A stretch of 64,000 nucleotides of DNA from Planctomycetota bacterium (GTDB taxonomy: Bacteria > Planctomycetota > B15-G4), in NCBI GenBank assembly GCA_038212275.1, contig JBBQUR010000002.1, forward strand, positions 64,001 through 128,000, given 5' to 3'. Below are positions 41,808 through 50,400 of this stretch, in pieces. Position 1 is the stretch's first letter; each line of letters starts with the position of its first letter. The notes beneath the pieces are model-generated. The model was not told the DNA's origin and did no database searches. It saw only the letters and a list, made by a program, of their open reading frames with translations. Made by a program: the position numbers and the translations under genes.

Positions 41808-42710
41808 TCAGCTGGCGGCGGGCGGAGCCTTCACGGCGAGCACCGCGCAGGGCGCCAGCCGCACGACCTTCTCCGCGGTGCTGCCCAGCAGCAGGTGCTT
41901 CATGCCGGTGTAGCCGTGCGTGGCCAGCACGACGAGGTCGGCGGACTCCTGCTTCGCGAGGTCGCAGATCCGTGTCGCCGCGTTGCCCGCGTCCACCAGC
42001 GGGCGCGCCTTGATGCCGCGCTTGACGAGGCCGTCGATGAGAGGCGCCAGCGCATTGACCGCGCTGGCGCGCGCGCCGTCTTCGAAGGCCACGGGCGACA
42101 CCGGAGGCATGCCGTAGGCCACGGGATACAGCACCGGCTCGACGATGTGCGTCACGATGAGCGTCGCGTCGAAGCGGCGGGCAAACTCCTCGGCGTTCTC
42201 CAGCGCCGCACGGCTGCAGTCGGAAAAGTCGATCGGGCAGAGGATCGTGCGGATCGAGACCATGGGTGCGGCTCCTTGGTATGCGGCGCCGTCCGGGACG
42301 TCCGCGGGCTTGAGATCGGGGGATCGGACAGTGAGCACCGGACACCCGGCAAGGTTCACCACGCGCTCGGCGACGCTGCCCAGCAGCACGTGCGACAGAT
42401 GGCTGCGGCCGACAGTGCCCAGCACGATGAGCTGCGCGCCGAGCCGCTTCGCCGCTTCGACGATGCCGAGCTCCGGCGCCACCGCGCGCACCACGCTTCG
42501 GCTGGCGACGACGTCGTCCAGCTCGGGGGGCACCGTCAGCGGAAGTTGTCGCTCGGCCTGCGCCCGCTCGAGTTCATGAAGCGGCACGCAATGAATCACG
42601 TGCAGCCGGGCTCCGCTGCCCGAGCAGCGCGCGAACTCCACCGCCCATGCCTGCGCGCAGGCCGCCGGAGCCGAAAAGTCGGTGGCCATCAGAATGATGG
42701 AAGGGAACAT
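41808..42710 (-). CDS. Tandem universal stress protein
   Basis: Two USP units: ILMATDFS..LLGSVAERVV and ILCPIDFS..LLGSTAEKVV. Confidence 0.92.
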   Translation of the reverse strand: MFPSIILMATDFSAPAACAQAWAVEFARCSGSGARLHVIHCVPLHELERAQAERQLPLTVPPELDDVVASRSVVRAVAPELGIVEAAKRLGAQLIVLGTVGRSHLSHVLLGSVAERVVNLAGCPVLTVRSPDLKPADVPDGAAYQGAAPMVSIRTILCPIDFSDCSRAALENAEEFARRFDATLIVTHIVEPVLYPVAYGMPPVSPVAFEDGARASAVNALAPLIDGLVKRGIKARPLVDAGNAATRICDLAKQESADLVVLATHGYTGMKHLLLGSTAEKVVRLAPCAVLAVKAPPAAS

Positions 42711-42783
42711 CAGGCATGCTCTCCGGCGAGCCGATCGGCAGCGGGAGCACCCCGCGCCGGGCCCGCTCGCCCCGAGGAATCAT

Positions 42784-42799
42784 TGCAATCAGCGTGCCG
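42784..42799 (-). promoter_or_regulatory. Putative sigma54 -24/-12 promoter
   Basis: CGGCAC-GCTGA-TTGCA, about 75 nt upstream of the USP start. Confidence 0.7.
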
Positions 42800-42842
42800 A
42801 TGCGGCACGGCCGACGCCAGTGCGGGCCCCCCGGGGGCAGCG

Positions 42843-44468
42843 TCACGGCACCTTGCTGGTGATCGCGTTCGTCGCGGAGTATCCGTGCGGCGCCGCACGG
42901 TCTTGGACCCAGGCCTGGTAGGTGATCGGGAATCCGGACGGCACGCCACCGGGCCAGAATCCCTGGAGCGCCAGCGCGCCCGAGGCGTCGGTGAGCAGGC
43001 CGAGCAGCACGAGGTCCGGTGCGGGCACGAGCACGCCGCCCTTGAAGGGCAGCTTGATCTGCACGAGCGAGATGCACACGGCCAGGTCGGACTGCGGCTG
43101 CGCATCGTCGATCTGCAGCGAGAAGCCCGAGCCCGTGGCGAGCGCGCCGGAACCGACGAGGTCGGGCGCCCCGAGCGCGCCGGCAAAGGCGCTGCCGACC
43201 CAGGTCCACGCCGCCGGCTGCGTCTTCACGACGCAGGTCGCGCCCTGCACGGCGAACGAACCCACCTTGTTGTTCGGCGCGCCCACGAGCATGAGCGCTC
43301 CGTCCAGGCCCAGCGTGGCGCCGAACTGTCCGGCGGGGCCGATCTCGGCCGGCGCGGCGAGCTGCTCGCCGGCCCAGGAGCCATTGCCGAATCGGAAGAG
43401 CCACGCCGAGCCGACATCGATGCCTGACGTGCCGACATCGTCCCTGGGCGCTCCCACGACGATCACGTTGCCGTCGACCTCGACGCTCGTTCCGAAAGCG
43501 TCGCCCGGAAGGCCGTCCCCGGCGAGCAGCGTCTGCTCCTGGACGAAGCTCGTGCCGTGGTCGCGATAGACCCAGGCGGTGCCGCGGCCGAGGTTGCCGA
43601 ACGGCCCGGCATCCGGTGCGCCCGCGACGATGACCGGCCCATCGACGGCGACCGAGGTCCCGAACGAATCCAGCGACATGCCGCCGGAAGGCAGCAGCTT
43701 CTGGCGCTCCACCCACGCACCCGCCACGCGGCGGAACACGTAGACCGCGCCGTTGTCGGTCGCGCCGTTGCTGTCTTCTTCCGGCGCGCCGACGACGATC
43801 ACGTCGCCATCGATGTCCACGCTTGCGCCGAAGCGGTCCCCCGCGAGGCCGTCCGACGCGAAGAGCTGCTGCTCCAGCACGAAGGAGCTGCCGTCGAAGC
43901 GATACACGTAGACCTCTCCCTGCTGGCTCTTCAGCGCGACGTCCTTGGCCGCGACGCCGACCACGATGCGGTCCTGCGTCAGGGCGAAGCGCCCGCCGAA
44001 GACGTCGAAGGAGGCGGCGTCCACCGCCGTCAGGGTCTGGCGCCACGTCCACACGCCGTCGATGCGGCGGTAGATCGCGATCGCGCCCGCGGAGTTCTTG
44101 AGGAGCAGCTTGCGGCCCGGCACGCCGACGACGCACAGGTCGCCACGCAGGCCGACCTGGCTGCCGTAGGCATCGAGCGACACGGGATCCACCAGCGTGA
44201 GCTTCTGCTCGGACTCCCAGGAGCTGCCATCCCAGCGACGGACGTAAGCTGCACCGCCGTCCGCAGCGAGGCCGATGTTCGCGCCGCTGGCGCCGATGAT
44301 CGCGGCATCGCCGTCGAGGCTCACGCTCTGCCCGAACTTGTCGCCGCCCGCTCCGTCGCTCGCCGTCAGCGTGTCCGTGGCCTGGGCCCGGACCGCCGGT
44401 GCGCCGAAAAGCAGCACCGCAGCCAGGGATGCGCCCAGCATGGGCACGAAGGAACCGGCTGAAAGCAT
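42843..44468 (-). CDS. Secreted FG-GAP (integrin-alpha-like) repeat protein + 'PFKGG' C-terminal domain
   Basis: Repeated L.ASDG..GD.FG.SV..DGD.IVVGA..GAVYVF; domain at 42843-43211. Confidence 0.9.
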   Translation of the reverse strand: MLSAGSFVPMLGASLAAVLLFGAPAVRAQATDTLTASDGAGGDKFGQSVSLDGDAAIIGASGANIGLAADGGAAYVRRWDGSSWESEQKLTLVDPVSLDAYGSQVGLRGDLCVVGVPGRKLLLKNSAGAIAIYRRIDGVWTWRQTLTAVDAASFDVFGGRFALTQDRIVVGVAAKDVALKSQQGEVYVYRFDGSSFVLEQQLFASDGLAGDRFGASVDIDGDVIVVGAPEEDSNGATDNGAVYVFRRVAGAWVERQKLLPSGGMSLDSFGTSVAVDGPVIVAGAPDAGPFGNLGRGTAWVYRDHGTSFVQEQTLLAGDGLPGDAFGTSVEVDGNVIVVGAPRDDVGTSGIDVGSAWLFRFGNGSWAGEQLAAPAEIGPAGQFGATLGLDGALMLVGAPNNKVGSFAVQGATCVVKTQPAAWTWVGSAFAGALGAPDLVGSGALATGSGFSLQIDDAQPQSDLAVCISLVQIKLPFKGGVLVPAPDLVLLGLLTDASGALALQGFWPGGVPSGFPITYQAWVQDRAAPHGYSATNAITSKVP

Positions 44469-44577
44469 GGGAGCAGAGAACTCCTGGTGCTGATCTTGAG
44501 GTGGGCGCCCGAACGCGCCGGGGAGACTACTTCGATATCGACCGTCGCGCCAGCCACCACATCAGGCAATTCCTGGA

Positions 44578-47262
44578 TCAGCGTTCCGCGGAGCGAAGGC
44601 GGGTGAGCCGTCCCCAGCGATTCCAGTCCATCACGTAAAGGTTGCCTGCGTCATCCCAGGCGGCGGAGTGCGGTGCGAGGAATTGCCCATCCACCCACTT
44701 CTCGCGCGGGACGCCGTTTTCTGCGCGCAGTGCCTCGTCGGGGTTGTCACCCAGCTGCGCGACGACCCGGTTGGCGCCATCGAGCACGGTGACGCGGCCC
44801 GCGAGGTCCGGCACCACGAGGAATTCGCCGTGCTGCTGCAGCTTGCACGGGCGGCGCAGATCGGGCGCGGCGGCGACGACGCCGAGCGGCGTGCCGTCCA
44901 GGCCGAAGCGCTGGATGCGGTGATTCTCGCGGTCGGCCACGAGCAGCGTCGGCTGCTCGCCGCGCGCCGCGCCGCGCGTGTCCACCCACACGCCGTGCGC
45001 GCAGTTCAGTTTCCCGACCTCGCTGCCCGGCCCGCCGAAGCACGAGCGCCAATTGCCCTCGCGGTCGTAGACGTGGATCCAATTCCGGCCGTAGCCGTCG
45101 GCGACGAAGATCGTGCCGTCGGGCGCCACCGCGATGCTCGTCGGCGCGAACTGCTCCGCGCTCTCGTACTTGCCGGACTTCATGGGCGCGCCGCGCTGCA
45201 GGAGGGTCGTCCCGTCCAGCGTGGACTTGAACCACTCATGCCGCGTGAAGTGCACGAAGTAGAGCCGCTCGCTGCCGGGAGCATCGGCCGTGCGCACTGC
45301 GCCGGGCGCGGCGTCCTCCGTCGCAAGCGTCATGCCGTGCACGCCATTGCCGAGGTCGTCGCCGAAGGCGGAGACCGGCGTGCCGTCCGCGCGGAAGGTG
45401 CGGATCGACGGCGGCGTGTCGAAGCTGATGTGCAGCAGGCCCGCGCGGTCCACGACGATTTCGCCGTGCGTGTTGCCCCACTCGGTGCCTGCCGGCGGCG
45501 CGAAGGCGCCGTGCATCCACTCGTAGGTGTGGGCACCGGAACCGAGCAGCACCCGCTCTGCCGACGCGGTGCCGCTCGCGCCGGCGGCCTTTGTCGCTTC
45601 GGCAGCCCCGGCGGCTCCGGGCGCTCCGGCCGCCTCGGCGACTTGGGCCGCCTGAAAGGCTTTGGCTTCCACGGGCTCCGAAAACACCTTGCCTGCAAGG
45701 CCCGGATGATCCTTCGCGATCCGCGTCGCGCGGAACAGCGCGTGCGCCGGCGCCCTGCCGCCCTGTGCGCTCGGCTCGATCTCGCCGCCGAGCGGATTCT
45801 CGAACTCCCACACGGCGTGACCGTCCGGCGTGACCTCGATCACGCGCCCGGTCTTGCCCTCGCAGATGAGCGTGTGGCCGTTCGGCAGGCGCTGCGCGCC
45901 GGAGATGAATTCCGAGAAGAAGCCCGGCGGGTCCTTGCAGATCCACGCCGGCGCGTCCGGTCCGAAGGGCCAGTCGCCATCGAGCAGGAAGCCGCGCGCG
46001 GGATCGAAGGGCAGCACGAGTTCGAGCACTGCCGAGGACGTGGCGCCGCGCTCGCTGAAGTTGTCGTACACGAGCACGCGCAGTTCGCCGGGTCTGCTGC
46101 CCGGCACCCACGTCGGGTTGTGCTGGTAGAAGAGGCGCTCGCCTTCCTTGTCGCCCTTGCCCCAGTTCATGGGGTTGCCCCAGCGGTAGAGCAGCGCGCC
46201 GCCATGGCCGCGTCGGCCGCCGGCCTCGCCCGCGGCCTGCTCCGTGGTCGTCGAGTGATCGATCACGAAGAGCTCTCCGGCGTGCGGCGAACTCAGCACG
46301 ATGAGGTCTTGCTCGGGGTGGTAGTCGAGGCCGTTGGTGTGCAACCAGTCGGCCTCGAGCTTCGGGCCGGCCGGTGGTGAGCCCGGTGTACCCGGACCGC
46401 CCGATGCGCCTGGCGACGGTGCGCCTGGCGGCGGCGCGCCGTGCGGCGGTGCTGCCGGCGCCGCCGCGGTGCCGCCCACGTAGCCGAGCGCGGCCATCTG
46501 CTCCTCGCGCTGTTCGCGCGCCACGCGCTCCTCGTCCGTTTCCGGCGCCTTGGCGATCGCGTCGAAGTTGATGTCGAGCCGGCCCGGGTGCTCGGACGGG
46601 TCGCCGAAGTGCGGCAGCGAGGCGTCGCGATGCTGCACGAGGTGATCCCACATGCGCCAGCGCCACACGACGTCGCCGCCGGCGGGGAGCACGGGCGCGA
46701 CCTCCTGCACGATGTCGCACCAGAAGCCTTCTTCCGGGAGGAAGGCCGGGTCGCGGCCCGCCGCCAGCGCCTCCTCGCGCGAGTGGTATTCCCACGCGAT
46801 GACGAGCACGTGCCCGTTCGGCATGAGGTGGATGTCGTGGTGCGCGGTGAGCTTGTCGTTGGCGAGTTCGTAGTCCCACACCACGGAACCGTCCCACGCG
46901 AGCTGCTGGATGCGACCGCCGATGCCGCCGCCGTGGAAGCGCGGGTTGGCATCCTGCATGCCGCAGCGCAGCAGGTCGCCGTTGTCCATCAGATATGTCG
47001 CGGCGCCGGGCGCGAACTGCGTCCGCCACGTGTGCACGACGTTGCCGTCCATGTCGATGAGATGGATGGACTTGCTGTTGAGCGGCGCGAGCAGCGTGTA
47101 GCCGCCCGAGGCCTGCGGCGTCGAGAGCGTCAGGCCGCGCGGTTCGGGTTCGGCCTGAGCACCGGGGGCAGGGTGCCCCTGCGCGTGGAGCGACGAGGCA
47201 GACAGAAGGATCGACAGCAGCAGTGCGCCTGCCGACAGGAACGCGTGGTGAGTTTTCAGCAT
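44578..47262 (-). CDS. Secreted arylsulfotransferase-like domain fused to NHL-repeat propeller
   Basis: GYTLLAPL..LIDMDGNVVHTW, HHDI, WLHTNGL, QHN, ISGAQRLPNGHTLICEG; then APTSIAVAPDG..ADGYG, AHG.WVD, VADRENHRIQ, APHSAAWD. Confidence 0.8.
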   Translation of the reverse strand: MLKTHHAFLSAGALLLSILLSASSLHAQGHPAPGAQAEPEPRGLTLSTPQASGGYTLLAPLNSKSIHLIDMDGNVVHTWRTQFAPGAATYLMDNGDLLRCGMQDANPRFHGGGIGGRIQQLAWDGSVVWDYELANDKLTAHHDIHLMPNGHVLVIAWEYHSREEALAAGRDPAFLPEEGFWCDIVQEVAPVLPAGGDVVWRWRMWDHLVQHRDASLPHFGDPSEHPGRLDINFDAIAKAPETDEERVAREQREEQMAALGYVGGTAAAPAAPPHGAPPPGAPSPGASGGPGTPGSPPAGPKLEADWLHTNGLDYHPEQDLIVLSSPHAGELFVIDHSTTTEQAAGEAGGRRGHGGALLYRWGNPMNWGKGDKEGERLFYQHNPTWVPGSRPGELRVLVYDNFSERGATSSAVLELVLPFDPARGFLLDGDWPFGPDAPAWICKDPPGFFSEFISGAQRLPNGHTLICEGKTGRVIEVTPDGHAVWEFENPLGGEIEPSAQGGRAPAHALFRATRIAKDHPGLAGKVFSEPVEAKAFQAAQVAEAAGAPGAAGAAEATKAAGASGTASAERVLLGSGAHTYEWMHGAFAPPAGTEWGNTHGEIVVDRAGLLHISFDTPPSIRTFRADGTPVSAFGDDLGNGVHGMTLATEDAAPGAVRTADAPGSERLYFVHFTRHEWFKSTLDGTTLLQRGAPMKSGKYESAEQFAPTSIAVAPDGTIFVADGYGRNWIHVYDREGNWRSCFGGPGSEVGKLNCAHGVWVDTRGAARGEQPTLLVADRENHRIQRFGLDGTPLGVVAAAPDLRRPCKLQQHGEFLVVPDLAGRVTVLDGANRVVAQLGDNPDEALRAENGVPREKWVDGQFLAPHSAAWDDAGNLYVMDWNRWGRLTRLRSAER

Positions 47263-47405
47263 GCATCCATGCTGACAGCCCGGCGGGGCGGACGGCAACC
47301 GCTCCCGCGAGCGCCGGGCGGTTATGCTCCGCGCCCCCGCGTCGGCCCCGCTTCGGGGCGACCCCGCGACGCGGCGACCGCCGGCTGCTCCGGGAGCGCG
47401 CGCAC

Positions 47406-50400
47406 ATGTCCACGTCACGCCTTCCGTTCGCGCCGCAGCTGCGGCTTCACGTGCTCCTGCAGTCGCTCCTGCAGTCGCTGCTGCTGTCGGTGCTGCTGTC
47501 GGTGCTGCTGTCCTCGGCGGCTGCGCAGGCCTCGCCGCAGGCGGGTGTTCCCGCGGTGGACGCGCAGTCCGTCCCGCAGGCGGCGCTCGCCGCGGCGGCC
47601 GTGCAGCCGCGGTCCGCCACCGAGGTGCTCCGCGCAGGCGACCGCATCTGCCTCGTCGGCGGCGCGCTCGCGGAGCGCTTCCAGCACGACGGCTGGATCG
47701 AGGCGCGGCTGCAGTGCCGGCTGCCGGAGCTGGGCCTGTCCTTCCGCAACCTCGGCTTCACGGCCGACACGCTCACCGTGCGCCAGCGCACCGACGGCTT
47801 CGGCACGCAGGACGAGTGGTTGACGCGCTGCCGCGCGAGCGTGATCTTCGGCTTCTTCGGCTTCAACGAGTCGTTCGCGGGCGAGGCCGGGCTGCCGCAG
47901 TTCCGCACGGACCTCGCCGAGTGGTTGCAGCACGTGCAGGGCCAGCGATACGACGGCGTCGCCGCGCCGCGCGTCGTGCTCTTCTCGCCGACGCCGGCCG
48001 AAGAGCTGCACGATCCGCACCTGCCGACGGCGGCCTCGCACAATGCGCGTCTCGCGCCGTACGTCGCCGCGATGGCCGACGTGGCGCGCGAGCACGGCGT
48101 CCCGTTCGTGAATCTCTTCGCGCCGCTGCGCGACGGCTTCGCGCTGAGCCTGCCGCCGCCGGTCGGCGCCGACGGCAGGCCCGGACCGGAGCACCTGACG
48201 ATCGACGGCATCCACCTGAACGAGCGCGGCAACGAGTCGCTCGCGTCGCTCATCGAGTCGGCGCTCGTGCCGGCCACGCACGAAGCGTCGTTCGCGCCGG
48301 ACGCCGCGCGGCTCGCGTCGGTGCGCGCGCTCGTGCAGGCGAAGAACGATCTGTGGTGGAACCGCTACCGCGTCACCGACGGCTACAACGTCTACGGCGG
48401 GCGCTCCGCGCTCAGCTACGACGGCCTCACCAACTTCGTCGTGCTGCAGCGCGAGCTGGAAATCCTGGACGCGGAAACGGCTCAGCACGACGAGCGCATC
48501 GTGGCCGCGGCGCGCGGCGACGCGCAGCTGGCGTCCTCGCCGGCGGGGCGCGGCGACATCGCGGTGCCCGAGCCCATCCCCGTCCCCACCAACCGGCCCG
48601 GCGAAGGGCCCGGCGGCAGGCACGAGTTCCGCGACGGCGAGTCGGCCATCGCGCTCATGACGCCTGCGCCCGGCATGGCGGTGAATCTCTTTGCGGACGA
48701 GGCGCGCTTTCCCGAGCTGGCCAATCCCGTGCAGATGGCGTGGGACACGCGCGGCCGGCTGTGGGTCGCCGCATGGCCCACGTATCCGCACTGGGCGCCG
48801 AACGATCCGACCGGCGACCGCCTGCTGATCCTGGAGGACGAGGACGGCGACGGCCGCGCCGACACGTGCAAGGTCTTCGCCGACGACCTGCACAATCCGA
48901 CCGGCTTCGAGTTCTGGAACGGCGGCGTCTTCGTCGCCGAGGCGCCGGACCTGCTCTTCCTGAAGGACACCGACGGCGACGACCGCGCGGACTTCGTGGA
49001 GCGCACGCTCGGCGGACTTGCGTCCTCCGACACGCACCACTCCGCCAACAGCTTCGTGCTCGGGCCGGACGGCGCGCTCTACTTCCAGGAGGGCATCTTT
49101 CACCAGACGCAGATCGAGACCGTGTACGGCCCGGTGCGCAATCACGATGCCTGCGCGTGGCGCTACGAGCCGCGCACGCGGCGCGTCGAACGCTATGCCG
49201 CGTACGGTTTCCTCAATCCGCACGGCCACGTCTTCGACCGCTGGGGCCAGGACTTCCTCACCGACGGCACGACCAACGAGAACTTCGTCGCGGGCCCGAT
49301 GGCCGGCTACGTGGAAGAGCCGCGCAAGCATCCAGGCACCTTCACCTTCTTCGCGCAGCGCAGCCGCCCCGCCGCGGCAACGGAGATCCTGAGCAGCAGC
49401 CACTTCCCTGCCGAAAACCAGGGCAACTACCTCATCGCCAACGTGATCGGCTTCCAGGGCATCTTCCAGTACCGCCTCGCGGACGATGGCGCGGGCTTCT
49501 CCGCCACCGAGGTCGAGCCGCTCGTGCACAGCGCCGACCCCAACTTCCGGCCCGTGGACATCGAGGTCGGCCCCGACGGCGCGGTCTACTTTCTGGACTG
49601 GCAGGCGCCGCTCATCGGGCACATGCAGCACCATCTGCGCGACCCGAGCCGCGATCACAGCCACGGACGCGTCTATCGCGTGACGTGCATCGACCGGCCG
49701 CTGTCGGCGCCGGTGCCGATCGCGGGCCGCCCGATCGAGGAACTGGTCGCGCTGCTGGCAAGCCCGGACGACCGCGTGCGCTACCGCACGCGCATCGAAC
49801 TCTCGGCGCGCGACAGCGACGAGGTCGTGTTCGCGGCGCGCGCGTGGGCCGCCGCCGTCCTCCGCACGGATGCCTACTCTGGACACGCCGCAGGCCGCGA
49901 GCACGATCTGCTCGAGGCTCTGTGGTTGCAGGAGCAGCACCAGGTGCTCGACCGCGAGCTGCTCATGCGCGTGCTCGCCTCGCCGGACGCCCATGCCCGC
50001 GCGGCCTCGGTGCGCGTGCTGCGCCATCTGCGCGCGCAGTTCGCCGCCGGCGTCGGCCTCTTTGGCTCGCAGCCCGGCGCGCCTGCCTGGGTGCCGTCCG
50101 TCGCGCATGCCACTCCGCTCATCGATGCGCCGGGCGCGCTGGACCTGCTCGCGAAGGCCGCCACCGATCCCGAGGCCCGCGTGCGGCTCGAGGTCGTCGT
50201 CGCGTGCAGTTTCTTTCCGGAGGCGCGCGCGGCGGAGATCGCGCTGACGGCGTGGCGCGCGGGTCACGACCGCTTCCTCGACTACGCGCTGGACGAGACG
50301 CTGGCCACGCTTGCGCCGCAATGGCGCGCCGCGCTCGCGAGCGGTCAGCCCCTCGCGGCCAATGACCCCGAAGCGCTCGCGCTGCTGCTCGCGCGCCTCG